NCBI GenBank assembly: GCA_964016885.1
Contig: OZ024742.1
Span: 247,256,001-247,320,000, forward strand
Direction: 5' to 3'
Length of the DNA stretch: 64,000 nt
Source of the DNA: Eledone cirrhosa
Lineage: Eukaryota
Shown here: one piece after another, positions 30,614-44,568 of the stretch
How positions within the stretch are numbered: position 1 is the first letter of the stretch
Layout: every line of letters begins with the position of its first letter
Position numbers and translations under genes: made by a program
Notes under the pieces: generated by a model
Told to the model about the DNA's origin: nothing
Database searches by the model: none
The model's input: only the letters and a program-made list of their open reading frames with translations

Positions 30614-30795
30614 TAGTTATATTTTGTGTTGTTAACTTTCTAATTAAATAGCACTGTTCTATACATAGAGCACTTTTTTCCTTTGCTTTTCCTTCGGAAT
30701 TACCTAACCCACACACACACACACACATATATACACGCACACACATATATATATATATGTATATATATATACATAGATACATATATAAACACACA

Positions 30796-30913
<118 letters not shown>

Positions 30914-33366
30914 ACAGACAACAGAAAGCCAGATTCCAAATATTCTTTTTATGTTTCAAAATCACAATACATATTTCTATGGCCTGGTTACATGATTATA
31001 TCATGGCGTAGGTCTTTGACAAAGTCATCATTTGTAAATTGCAAAGATTAGATAATCAATTACAAGATTACGGCAAATATAGACAGAGAATAGACTTGAC
31101 TTGGAGACGGTCATACAGCCATACAGTTAGTCTTCTTCTATCCTGCGGTCACAGTGTTTGTGGCATATGAAATGTTCTGAGCCGTACTTTATCGAACATT
31201 TTTACTAAGTTCATCTACGTTTGACTGTTTGAGTAGTCGTTTTATCCTTTCGTCATTATGCCACAAGCCGGTGTGTGAGGTAGCTTCTGACATGTTGGGT
31301 AACACTTTGTAAAATATTATCTGTTAGAATCATAAGCAATTTCTACCAACGTGCTGTGCGGTAAGATCAAACGCTAGACCACGTAGTTACAAAAGGAATG
31401 TTGAAACAACATCACTTAGCCTGCGCATTTAGTTAATGTGTTACATTACATACATCAATATATCAGATATGTAATAATTCTACTAATTCTCATCTTTTCA
31501 TGGTCGCCCTTCTCTTTTAAAAATAGTTTTTAGTCTAATAATTTCATTTATTGTACATCATATTTAGTAGACGAATTTATACTTCTGAATTATTTGAATC
31601 TTCTGCTGACTGAAGTCTTACCTAAAGGTGGATTGCCTCCTCAATCTTTCTTTATTTATCCTCTCCCTTTGTACTGTCAAGCAAACGCAGGGGCTGCTCA
31701 AGGCCTGCTGTGTTGCTATTACCGTCCTCAATGCTATGAGTGACTTCCAAAAATCTATTTATGTTCAATATCAAATACCATACATTTTTTTATTCTAAAT
31801 CTACAGTCTCTAACATCAATACAATAGTTATATTTCACGCTTGAAATTCGACGAGATCCAACGTCTCAATATATCCGATGTGCAAAAATGTATTTATAAC
31901 ATAATAATAAATGTTTATATGAAGGAAAAATGATATTAATTCAAATTGCATTTAAGAATGTATAAATTAATTATAAATATGTCATTTCGGTCTGTGCTAA
32001 TATCGTAATCCAATATGGCTTCTTGAAGCCAACTATAATATTATTCATATACAACTAAGGCTGTACATCTAATAATGTTAGTGTGGGTTTACATAAATAT
32101 ATACACATAATATAATATGATATAATATAATGTATATATATATGTGTATGTGTGTTGTATATATAGATATATAGATGTATTTATATTATATGTATGTATA
32201 TGTGTATATTTATATTATATCTATCTATATGTGTATATTTATATTATATCTATCTATATGTATACGCATATATGTACACACACAACGACGTATATATACA
32301 TACACGCAAGTATATATACATATAAAACAAGGGATTCTTTCTAGATATATGTTTTCTAAATTATTTTCTTATTCTGAATCTCTATTATATCGCATAGAAG
32401 ACAACAATATGTATAATGTTTGGCAGGACAGCAAATTTAATATGAACCAACGTATCAAATTGTTGAGAACATCATGTAGTATCAGCGACAATATATGATT
32501 CCCATTGTATTACGATTTACAATAACGTTAAGTTGGCCCAAGCCTTGTTAGTGAAATTGAGCAAACGGAAACTGTGAAAGCTAATCACCTCGTCGCTTCT
32601 TTTTGATAAAACGCCTGTACTCAAAATGTCAGACCTCTTAATTTTCTCACGGGTAACTATGTATAAATAAATCTACCACAAATCCTTCGAATATAGCAGT
32701 TACGATAAATACAACGTATTGTTGGCTTATATGATGAACCCTCCATCAACTTCGAAAATGGATATTTGTATGATTTATCAATTGTATATGGTGCTCATGT
32801 ATTAACGTGTAAGTTATTGGTACATTCTACAGTCACGTGTAAACCTAATGTAATTCCGAAGCTGAATCAGCATGCCAGAATATGAGAGAAGACTCGATAT
32901 TTGACTTACTGGTGCAATCCATCAGCTGAGTCTCTACACAGTTTACGTCTGCTCAATATAATCTAAATATTCTGAGTCAACCCGAAATGCCACACACTGA
33001 GATTAAACCCGGAATTTCCTGGTTGCGAAGATAATTTGTAACCATTCAGCCATGTCTGTATATATATTAGAGAGTATTAATAACTAGAGGCATTACAAAA
33101 ATATATAACAACAAAGGACAGCACTCAATTACTCCCTTCTATATTTGATATAAATAAACGGTGAATATATTGACAGAATTAGTCAGCAGACGTTCAATCT
33201 CGATAATGGAAGCACAGGATATTGGTAAAAGTCATACAAAACTAGCGATAAAATAGATATTCTTTCACTAGAGAGTTCAAACTAGCTTCTGGTATCGACA
33301 TGTATTTATAGTGAAGTGTGCACTTGGACATATTCTGACCTATCTGTCTCTACTATTATTCAATGC

Positions 33367-33403
<37 letters not shown>

Positions 33404-33495
33404 GATGTTTTGGTGTCACATTTGGCGATGGAAGTATTGGATAAGGAGAGAAGTAGGAGTTGGGAGGAGGAGAATAAAAATAGTGATAATAAGAG

Positions 33496-33528
<33 letters not shown>

Positions 33529-33539
33529 TATTAAAGTTT

Positions 33540-33597
33540 CCGACGAACGAATGAGGACGTTTTTTTCGTATTCGTCTTATTCGGGAAACCTCTGGTA
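33540..33597 (+). ncRNA. Hammerhead motif with CCGACGA core in a ~100-bp element between TA tracts
   Basis: CCGACGA-A-CGAATGAGGACG...CGTCTTATTCG-G-GAA-ACC-tct-GGT-A; stem I weak or truncated. Confidence 0.65.
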
Positions 33598-33680
33598 ATC
33601 AGGTAATTATATTGTATTGTTTATTATACATTATATATATATATATATATATACATTATATATATATATATATATATATA

Positions 33681-34435
33681 ATATGTTGAGAAGGTAACAC
33701 ACCAGAGAGAGATATATAGTGCGTTATCAATAATACAGGGAAAAAAACACCAGTGTATGGAATCTATAACTTATGAAAGGCAGACTATAGACACGATAAT
33801 TAAAAATATAAATTAAAGCGTAAATAAATACCTCTATAACTATATAACACACGTAAAAATCCAAAGATATGTTTCACCAAAAAATTTGTTGAAAGAAATG
33901 GTCTAGTCTCGGTTGATCAGCGTGTGTAAGGCCATACATTTCAGACAACACTAAGAGAATTTTACAATTGACTGTCCAGCTACACGTGGAAGAGAGAAGT
34001 CACAGCGTGTTTAGGGGCAGTGAACCAGTGGCCTCTGAGAGATGAACTGCTAGAAAGGGCAGCCCAAAGCCACTCAGAGAAGTGTGCTCAACCAAACAGA
34101 GATAGGAAAGATTGTTATTAGGAGCGAAATATCACGATAAATTAACGGAGGCATAGGCCGTCGTTATTCCCTGTAAATAATGTGCTCAAAGGAGAAGAGA
34201 TCCTGAGCCCTTTAAAATATAATATGTTGAGAAGGTAACACACCAGAGAGAGATATATAGTGCGTTATCAATATCTTTGGATTTGTATGTGTGTTATATA
34301 GTTATAAAAGTATTTATTTACGCTTTAATTTATATTTTTAATTATCGTGTCTATAGTCTGCCTTTCATAGGTTATAGATTCCATACACTGGTGGTTTTTT
34401 CCCTGTATTATTGATAACGCACTATATATCTCTCT
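33681..34435. mobile_element. Family L: ~541-bp monomer with ~52-bp terminal redundancy followed by an inverted ~165-bp arm; HHR-like motif 33866-33920 on minus
   Basis: 33681-33732 is repeated at 34222-34273, and 33706-33870 is inverted at 34271-34435. Reverse complement reads CTGATCA-ACC...GGT-GAAACATATC. Confidence 0.8.
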
Positions 34436-35345
34436 TGATCCATTGTAGTAAGTTTCCAAACACAGCCATGCAGGATAGTTTTTTTTCAGTAGAATGTTGT
34501 GATCAACCCTGTGAAATGCCTTGCAAAATCAAGCTAGATGACATCAGTTTTGATGTTGGGGGATATGTGTGCGTGTCTGAAACACTAGGCAACGTGTGAC
34601 AGCTCGTTAGTGATTGCGTTCCAGTTGGCATTATAAAGATCCATGTTATCAAATGGGTGGGTTGGAAAGAGGTTATTCGGTTATTCGGTCTGCAGGAATA
34701 TCGGGTTACAGAGAACAATGTCATGGTCTGAAAGAAAGTTTTTTCCACTGTAATACTATGTATAGTATTAGTGTGGTTACTAAAGACTATTTCCAAAGAC
34801 TTTTTCTGATATCGTATTGAGGAAACGACAAGTTGGGACAAGACAAGCTTATCAATGAGGTCGAGAAGTGATTCTACTGCTGCTTTCTCAGAGGTTGAGG
34901 TAGAAGTGACTGGTTTCAAACTGTTTGGAGACCAATCAACATATGGTAGATTTAAGTTGCCCATCATAAGTATATTACCAGAATGAACATTTGTATAAAT
35001 GTATAAAACACTTAATGCTATTGATGCATTTTTAAAACGCAGTATCGACGATTGTAGTGGACTACAGAGTCCACCAACTAACAATTCATTGGCTTTGTTG
35101 TGACTAATTCACTGTAGCCATTGCACAATGTGATATTTCCGTCTGCCGTAGAGGAATATAGTAAAATGGCAGTTCCACCCGTTCTTCTGCCAACACGATC
35201 CGAGCGGATGGTTGTGAAATTCCTCACCTTCCCTTTGGCTTCCAAGTGGGAGTTGTCGAGATGGGTCTCATCAGGAGGAGGAAATGGATGTGATGTGGAT
35301 GGTTACCAACCTAATCATCAATCTTTAATGAATTGGACCTTCTAA
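34436..35345 (-). mobile_element. Decayed CR1/L2-type LINE fragment (AP-endonuclease region joined to an RT remnant)
   Basis: ILMMGNLNLPYVDW and LEIVFSNH APE-like motifs; ctagattttgcaagg (LDF-like) remnant near 34520. Confidence 0.6.
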
Positions 35346-35380
35346 TGTGTTGATATATGTATATATGTCTGTACACACAA

Positions 35381-35491
<111 letters not shown>

Positions 35492-35583
35492 ATTATATAT
35501 GTGTGTATATATAATTATATATATATGAATGTATATATTATATGTGTATATATGAATATATATTCATGCATATATAAAAGTTA

Positions 35584-35672
<89 letters not shown>

Positions 35673-35816
35673 ATATAGGTATGTATATATAATATATATG
35701 TATATATATAATATATATTTATATATATGTATATATATGTGTGTATGCATATTATCTATAGATATATATGTATATATATCTATATGTATATATATGTTGA
35801 TAGATAGATACATACC

Positions 35817-35896
<80 letters not shown>

Positions 35897-36404
35897 TATA
35901 CATAGATGTATAATTCTTAATCGGGTTGAAATAAGTACTTGCTCTGTCAAGAAATGTTAAGATTCCAACGTTGCATTATTCAGTGTTATGTCAACTGTTT
36001 CTGCTGAAGGAGCAGCAAGACTATGGTAAACATAAGATAGTGAATACACTTACCTACACACCGCACGCACACGCACGCACACACACACACACACACGCAC
36101 ACACATGGATGTATATGGAGAGAAAGAGAGAGTGGTGGCATGGATATATTTCAAATCGGGGATTAGCTGACTAACACACCGTTTATCCTATTAGGTATGT
36201 AACATATACTGAGAGCTGTCAGCTAGTCGCTTTAGCTGAAAAAAAATATAAACACACGTAAAGGGACACGCACAAAAATCTGTACACCCATCCACATTTA
36301 TATGTAAATATAGATATATGTATATATGTTTATGTATATTTTATTATATATGTATATAAATGCATACATCTCATAAAACATAACTACGCTCATGTATGTA
36401 TATA

Positions 36405-36474
<70 letters not shown>

Positions 36475-36510
36475 TGAAAAAAAATTAATACGTTAGATTT
36501 TTCTTTACAG

Positions 36511-36578
36511 GCACTTCTCTTCGAAGAGAAATGACAGTTAACCGTCAAATCAAAGTCTCACACACCAGATCCCTCTAA
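36511..36578 (+). CDS. Candidate terminal coding exon (G-TSLRREMTVNRQIKVSHTRSL*)
   Basis: Strong acceptor tttttctttacag in unique sequence; phase 1 fits the 24902-24933 candidate. Confidence 0.25.
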
Positions 36579-37081
36579 GCCGATATATAGAGAAATCTGG
36601 AGGACGAATTTTGTCAAATTTCTATGTCTTCCCATTCTGCCACTATTGGGAACATTTCTCTCAAGAAAAAACATTAATAAGGAAAGATTTTTCATATGTA
36701 AAGCCCAAACAAAACTCAATTATTTGCACGTTTAAAACAAAATAAGCCTGAATTTCGGCCCTTTAAATGAACAATAATCTCCTCGATATAAGTGAACAAG
36801 ATAAAGCCAGTTGCGTCCCTTGTTTTCATCAAGAACATAAGCGACAAACAACGAGAAGTAAATGCAAATGAAAAAGATCTTTCGAGCGACTGTAGCGAAA
36901 ATCTTTTTGAAAATGCTGTAAACACAACTGAAGCCGATAAATTTAAACAAAAGCATATATATACTCATCAAATTACTTGACCAGAATGTCAGTCATTGCA
37001 ATTTTCAAACCTTATTTTCACACACACACACACACGCCTATTGATATACATGTATACGCGTAGATATATAAATATATACGC

Positions 37082-37230
<149 letters not shown>

Positions 37231-37231
37231 G

Positions 37232-37494
37232 AAGTGGTTACACAACAGTTAGTTCACCATGCCGAGAACAATTGTTTCACCTTCGCGGATCTTCAGCTCT
37301 GGATGTGTATGGTTATAGGAACAGGAAGGTCCTTCCTGTTCCTATAACCATACACATCCCGAGCTGAAGATCCGCGAAGGTGAAACAATTGTTCTCGGTA
37401 TGGTGAACTAACTGTTGTGTAACCACTTTTCTACCTAATTCGTCCCTTGGACTGAGTGCTCTACCACTACGGATATTACCTTCCAGTGTTCCAC

Positions 37495-37498
<4 letters not shown>
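37232..37498. mobile_element. Asymmetric fold-back element, family M: ~98-bp arms centred at 37330 plus ~70-bp tail, inserted in (TA)n
   Basis: aagtggttacacaac...acaggaagg|t|ccttcctgt...gttgtgtaaccactt. Confidence 0.9.
37359..37398 (+). ncRNA. Minimal type I hammerhead ribozyme (mirror copy 37262-37301 on minus)
   Basis: ccgag-CTGAAGA-TCC-gcgaa-GG-T-GAAAC-AATT-GTT-ctcgg; stem I ccgag/ctcgg. Confidence 0.8.
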
Positions 37499-37553
<55 letters not shown>

Positions 37554-37594
37554 TTAAAAATCTTAATAAATATAGACATGAATGTAATCAAATA

Positions 37595-37660
37595 TATTTT
37601 ATTATATATATTTCAGAGGTACTGTGCTGTTTCCTCAGTACTTCCTCATCAGATAAAATA
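37595..37660 (-). ncRNA. Type I hammerhead ribozyme (family K type)
   Basis: Reverse complement reads tattttat-CTGATGA-GGAAGTACTG...CAGTACCTCT-GAA-ATATATAT-A-ataaaata; 8-bp stem I. Confidence 0.75.
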
Positions 37661-37931
37661 TATGAATTGATGTCTGACATACCTCAACTGTGATGATGGC
37701 TCAATTCCAGTCTTGGCAGTGATTAGTTATGACAAAACTCAATATTTATATACCATAAGCAGTAACATGACAAACTAGATAAAATGGAGACCGTAAGTAG
37801 GAGGACGTGTAGAAAACAATAAAATAAATAAATACATATATAGATATGTAAAAAACATAAACATATCAGTACATAACTGTTAAATATTTAAATAATTAAA
37901 TATATAAATATCCGTATTAGAGAAAAAAAAC

Positions 37932-37998
<67 letters not shown>

Positions 37999-38446
37999 AA
38001 AGGGAAAGATAGAGAGTTGAAGATAAAAAAGAAGAAAGGGAGATATACATGGTATAATATAATTATATAACGAAAAGGAGAATAGAGGTATATGATGCGT
38101 GACCGTTTTTTTTTCAAATATTAAGTTAGGTAGAAACGATCAATTAAATACCGTGAAATTTTTACTCTATAATATTAGAAAGAAATTATACTAATATATT
38201 ATATCAAAATTAAAACAATATAGAGTGATATAAGATAATGTAACATATTTTTTATGATAATCTGGAGCATATTAAAATTAGTAAATACATTCAATAATTT
38301 AGTTATAAATTTAAAATTAAAAATATTATTAACTAAGAATGGTGCTTACAAATATAGTAAATATGATATTAAACTTAACTTACTTGGATATTACCATCTG
38401 TATATGCATTTTATATAAACAATACTATTTAAATATATATATATAT

Positions 38447-38728
38447 ATTATAGATAACGAGGAATCAGTGATGCATTAAAACACAATTTATTAACATATT
38501 ACATGTTTCTCCGACGATCAGCTCAAGGCTGGATCTATTATAGATCGATCTATAATAGATCCTGCCTTGAGGTGATCGTAGGAGAAACATGTAATATGTT
38601 AATAAATTGTGTTTTAATGTATCACTGATTCCTCGTTATCTATAATAATATACTCTGCTCCGCGTGAGCATCGAGTACTCAAATGTCATACCGCCTATGG
38701 ACCCATTTATTGCAACCTTGCAACAACT
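38447..38728. mobile_element. Family H fold-back: ~200-bp spacer-less palindrome (centre agatcgatct ~38546) plus ~80-bp tail
   Basis: Arms are reverse complements with few mismatches, and the tail matches the reverse complement of 21233-21290. Confidence 0.9.
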
Positions 38729-39143
38729 ATATATTTATATATATATATACTATATAAATGGCAATATCTGTCTGTCTGTGTATCTGTATAATCTGTGTAT
38801 AACCAGTTGGCGGCTATATCAGTGATCCGATCCTGATGAAACATTACACACATGTTAAGCTAATATTCAGAAACAGGACTGGCTAATTGGATTTCAATAA
38901 AAATCAATAATGGAAACCCTGGGCATATCTTTACAATGGAGGAGGAAAGAGAAGACGTTTCAGTGAGTGAGGGGGGAAGAGGAGATACTACTACTATCTG
39001 TTAAACACTCTCTCTCACTACTCACCTTCCTCCTCCCACAACTCAATGCTCCAAAACGAGGCAACAACTTATTAGAAATATACATAAAGAAATTTCAAAC
39101 AAAACAGACAACAATCTAATTTTGGTTGACGACTGCACAGGTG

Positions 39144-39217
<74 letters not shown>

Positions 39218-39264
39218 GCTCACTGTCTCTCTCTCTCTCACTCTCTCTATCTCTCTCTCTCTCT

Positions 39265-39300
<36 letters not shown>

Positions 39301-39302
39301 TT

Positions 39303-39912
39303 ATAGTAATAATAATAAATGTGAAGACTAAAATCCAAAGAGGCTCGATAAGGATAATTATGTATCACATATATAAGAACCGTAGAGCAAATATTTATTA
39401 AAATGACAGATTAAAGTTTAAGCAAAGAATCGCTGCTTTCACCCTTAACAGGATCTACCGAAACTGAAAAAATCAATCTGTGAACGCAGAAGTAAATATT
39501 TCGAAAAACGTTGCAACCGAAGGAAAACAGGAAGACAATACTTTGGTACGTGAAGACGTTCGTTCCCTGGCAATGAAAGGAAAAAAGCGAAGATAATACG
39601 TCGTTATGTGCAGCGATCAGAACAAATACACGCAAAGGCACAAAGACAAAACCACGTTTATGGTATAAATGAAGTCTACGATTTCATTTATACCATTACA
39701 TGTGTTTATTTGTTCCCACGCACCACATCACGACGTATTATCTTCGCTTTTCTCCGAAGATCCTGTTAAGGGTGAAAGCAGTGATTCTTTGCTCAAACTT
39801 TAATCTGCTATTTGAATAAATATTTGCTCTAGCGTTCTTATATATTCGATATATATTTATCCTTATCGAGCCCTCTTTGGATTTTAGTCTTCAAAATAAT
39901 TATTATTACTAT
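39303..39912. mobile_element. Family B fold-back element; arms ~39303-39456 / ~39758-39912, HHR motifs in both arms
   Basis: Arms are diverged reverse complements; CCGAAGA-TCCT-gttaa-GGG-T-GAAAGCA...TGCTC-aaac at ~39754; flanked by (TA)n. Confidence 0.85.
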
Positions 39913-40689
39913 ATATATATATATATCACATCCACTGATATGGATCCTGAACACGTGCACACGCTTAGGTCACATTAAGGTCAACTGCAGGAATCGGTGA
40001 TAAGTTACAAAAAAGTGTGATGATTAATGACCTGGAAGCTGGCTCACCATTAGTTTAGTCCGAAGAATAAAACCCAAATCGTATGTTGACGAATATTCGT
40101 ACTCCCGGCATGTTAATTGTAACAAATCGTCTTTGTGAGTAGAGTTCATTTTGTCGATATTTCGAGGTGTCGGATCGTGGGAAGATTAACACGAATTAAG
40201 AATACCTTCTCCCCCCTTATTGACACTTTGCAACAGTGAACATTACAAGGCCCTCTTTAGGGCCAACACTTCTGATTGTTTATCCGACTTATTATGGTGT
40301 GTTTTCTAGGATTATGTCTACTATAGGGGGAAAACGGGATGGGTTATTGAATTGCTTCAGTCATTCGAAGGGCTTTACACTCTGTTATAACTTCTTCAAT
40401 AAGTTACTGCACAAGTTTGCTATTCTTATCATAGGTTTGTTGAATCAGTTCGATACTCTTCGAACTCAAACTTTCTCAGCTTATTCACTCTGAATGAAGA
40501 AAGCTGGATGGAAGAAGGACTTATGACTTACACAGTTATTGATAGTTCCACACAAAAAATTGATCTGCCATAAACAAACCTAGCAAAGGTTGCTATTGAA
40601 AATCCAGTATGGGCACCCAGGGTCGCAAGCATTTTCAGGCGCACTCTTGAAACTGCGAATAACCCCACCTTGCCCGGTAATATCAGCAT

Positions 40690-40766
<77 letters not shown>

Positions 40767-40904
40767 TATATGTATGTGTGTGTGTGTGGGGGGTGGTGGT
40801 TATGTAAGGGTGTATATTCAGTGCCTAAAATAGAAGGGGAGATTACTGTCATTGCTTGGATCAATATCAATATAATTTCTGGAGAGAGGATCGAGAAACG
40901 ACTG

Positions 40905-43900
40905 GTACCATTTTAGACATATTGGTGGGACGAAAAGCACTGATGTTAGATTATGGTGGGAAAACCAGATGTGAGGTGAGACAGCATGGTGGGACCAACA
41001 GATCAGATGTTATACATCAATATGGGACAACAGATATGATGTGAGATATCATGGTGGGACCAACAGACAGATGTATTCGACATTATAGTGGGAACAACAG
41101 ATCAGATGTTAGACATCATGTTGGGACTAACTCAGAAATGTTAGACATCATGGTGGATTCAACAGGTTTGATGTTAGATATCATGGTGAGACAGCATACA
41201 GACATAACAGACATAGTGGTGGGTCCAACAGACCATATGTTACACATCGTAGCGCTATAGACATGGCAACTCATAGACAAGTCAGACATCATGATGAGAC
41301 AAGTCAGACATCATGATGGGATTAACAGATCATCAACGTCGGTCCAACGAATATGACGTTAGACATCATGGTTTGACCAATAGATCTGATGATACACATC
41401 AAGGTAGGACCATTAATCAGCGATGTTAGACATCAACTTGGAGCCAACTATGGAGGTGTTAGATCATGGTAGGACCAACAGATCTGCTCCTAGACTTCAT
41501 AGTGGGATTAACAGAAACGTTGATAGATGTTATGGTGGACCAACAGATGTGATGATTTTACATCATGATCGGACAAAGAGACCAGATGTTACACATCATT
41601 GTGTGACCAACAGATCTGATGTTAGACATCATGTTGGGACCAACAGATGTGATCTTAGACATCATGGTGTACCAACAGGTCAGATGTTAGACATCATGGT
41701 GTACCAACAGACAGACATAACAGACATAATTGTGGGACCAACAGTCTAGATGTTAGAAATCATTTTGGGACCAACATACAACCATGTTAGACACCATGAT
41801 GAAACCAGCTGTGGCCAATAGATCAGTTGCTACACATCATGTTTGGAGTAACAGACAACCATATTAGACTTCGTGGTTAGGCCAATTGATCTGATGTTAG
41901 ACATCATGTCTGGAATAACAGATAGCTATGTTAGACAGAGTAACAGACAGCTATCTTAGACATTATGGTGGTACCAAGAGAATCATTGTTAGACCTGAAG
42001 GTGGGACCAACTGACAGCTATGTCATACACAATGGTGGGACCAGTCGACTGCCACATTAGACATCTTAGTTGTACCAACAGAAAATCATGTTGGCCATCA
42101 TGCTGGAACCAATAGAAAGCCAGATTCAAGACCATAAGGTCACCAACATATTTGATGTTAGACATCATGGTAGGATCAACACATCTGGTTTAGACATCAT
42201 AGTGGGAATAACAGATCAGATGTTAGATATCATGGTGGGAATAACAGACCTGATATTAGATATCATGGAGGGGGGGGGGGGGGAGACAACAGATCATATA
42301 TTAGACATCATGGTTGAAACAACAGATCAGGTGTTTGCTATCATGGTGGGAACAACAGATCTGATGCTAGACATCATGGGGGAACAAGAGATCAGATGTT
42401 AGATATCATGGTGGGACAACAGATCTGATGTTAGATATCATGGTGGGACAACAGATCTGATGTTAGATATCATGGTGGGACAACAGATCTGATGTTAGAT
42501 ATCATGGTGGGACAACAGATCTGAGGTTAGATATCATGGTGGGAACAACAGATCAGGTGTTAGACATCATGGTGTGTCAACAGATCAGATGTTAGATATC
42601 ATGGTTGGAACAACATATCAGGTGTTAGACATCATGGTGAGACAACAGATCAGATATTAGACATCATGGTGGGTGTAAGATATTGATGTTTGAAATCATC
42701 CTGAGACCAACAGATATGATGTAAGATGGTGGGACAAACAGACAGCTACATTATACACCTTGGTGGGACCAACAGTTTAAATGTTTCAGCATCATAATAA
42801 AACCTACTGGCAGCCATGATAGATATCACGGTCGGACCAATAGATATGGTGTTAGACATCATGGTGGGACTAACAGATATGATGTTAAACATCGTAGTGG
42901 GAACAACAGATATGATGTTAGACATCGTAGTGGGAACAACAGATCAGATGTTAGACATCGTAGTGGGAAAAACAGATCTGATGTTAGCTATCATGGTGGG
43001 AACAACAGATCAGATGTTAGACATCATAGTGGGAACAACATATCAGATGTTAAAAATCATGAAGGAACAACAGATCTGATGTTAGATATCATAGTGGGAA
43101 CAACAAATATGATGTTAGACACCATGTTGGGACCAACAGACCAGATGTTACACTTCATGGTGGGACCAACAGACCAGATGTTACACATCATGCTGGGACT
43201 AACAGACCAGATGTTACACTTCATAGTGGGACCAACAGATCAGATGTTACACATCTTCCTGGGACCGAACGTTCAGATGTTACACATCATGGTGGGACAA
43301 ACCGATCTGGTGTTAGACATCACGCTGGGAGAAACAGATAACCATGTTAGACAGCCATGTAGGATATCATATTAGGACTAACGTATCTGATGTTAGACAT
43401 CATTGTGTGATCAACAGAGAAAATGTGAGACATCTTAGTGTGACCAATAGAGACGCTTTGAGACAGCTTTGCGGGCCAACAGAGAGAATGTGAGACAGCA
43501 TGGTGGGACCAACAGAGAAGATGTGAGACAGCATGGTGGGACCAACAGAGAAGATGTGAGACACGATTGTGTGACCAATAGAGAAGTAGTGAGACAGCAT
43601 GATGGGACCAACAGAAAAGATGGTAAACATTATTGTAGGACCTACAAATCTGATGTAAGTAATCATGGGGTGAAAAAATATCTGATGTTAGACATTATTG
43701 TATGGCCAACAGATCTGATGTTACACATAGTGTTGGGACCAACAAACCTGGTTTCAGATATGATGGTGTGATCAACAGTTCAGATGTTAGACATCATGGT
43801 GGGACCAACAGATCTAAGCTAGACATCATGTCGGGACCAACAGATGTAAGGCTAGACATCATGGTGGGGCTACCAGAGAGCCATGTTAAATATCACGATC

Positions 43901-43905
43901 GGGTC
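40905..43905. repeat. ~3-kb minisatellite array, 32-34-bp unit (consensus ~gatgttagacatcatggtgggaccaacagatct)
   Basis: Dozens of contiguous units; homogeneous core at ~42390-42660 and ~42880-43300, degenerate edges. Confidence 0.95.
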
Positions 43906-44201
43906 AAAAACGACGATGATGGATATCAGTTTCAGGTGTACAATGGATTCTTCAACTTACATCCTACATGTTGATCGCTGGTGAAGTTGTTGGTCTATTA
44001 TAGTGTAGAATGTTACCAGGCTGGAATGAATAATCTGATGCCACCTTGTACTTTCGTAGCTTTGGGCTTTTATATGTGATATTACCTCCATTGTAGAAAC
44101 TAGGAGAGATTCTGAAATACTCTTCACGTGATGAGTCTGTTTAGCAATGTAAATATATGCCAAATTAAATTCAAAATCAAAAGCTATCAGAATCCTTGTA
44201 T

Positions 44202-44385
44202 AATAATTGTTTTTACTTTTGTCACAAGGCCAGCAATTATCTCAGTGCATTACTGGTACTTTATTTTATCGACCCCGTAAGGATGAAAGGCAAAGTTAAC
44301 CTCGGCAGGATTTGAACTCAGACCGTAAAGGGACGTAACTCTATGCTGGAAAGCATGGTGTCCAACCCTCTACCGATACTGCCAA
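44202..44385 (-). mobile_element. Full-length tRNA-derived SINE
   Basis: ggatttgaactc (B box, reverse complement) and ctctaccgatactgcca (A box, reverse complement), with conserved body and (TAA) tail. Confidence 0.9.
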
Positions 44386-44509
44386 ATGGACTAACCTAAG
44401 GAATGTTGCTTTAAAAATGGAAGAGAGATGATTCCAACGATCAGATGTAGGTGATAATGATCTTTGTCTACATGATGCTCCCATTAATGTGACCTGTATA
44501 CTTTTTCAG

Positions 44510-44568
44510 GTTGCAGTCATGATACTTTGACCATGCTTCGAACCATTTCCCGATCCTGTCGATATTAA
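44510..44568 (+). CDS. Candidate alternative terminal coding exon (G-CSHDTLTMLRTISRSCRY*) followed by AT-rich putative 3' UTR
   Basis: Acceptor tatactttttcag, phase 1, AATAAA near 44943; no homology established. Confidence 0.3.

Noticed and set aside
38748-38935. Possible DINE/Helitron-like 5' fragment containing ctgatgaaac
   Set aside because: It is not a hammerhead (no stem II), and the evidence is too thin to list it as a defined element.
40905-43905. CRISPR-like array of ~33-bp repeats
   Set aside because: Units are contiguous with no unique spacers, there are no cas genes, and the context is eukaryotic.
44300-44385. tRNA gene from A/B box motifs
   Set aside because: It is the head of a multi-copy SINE, with no complete cloverleaf.
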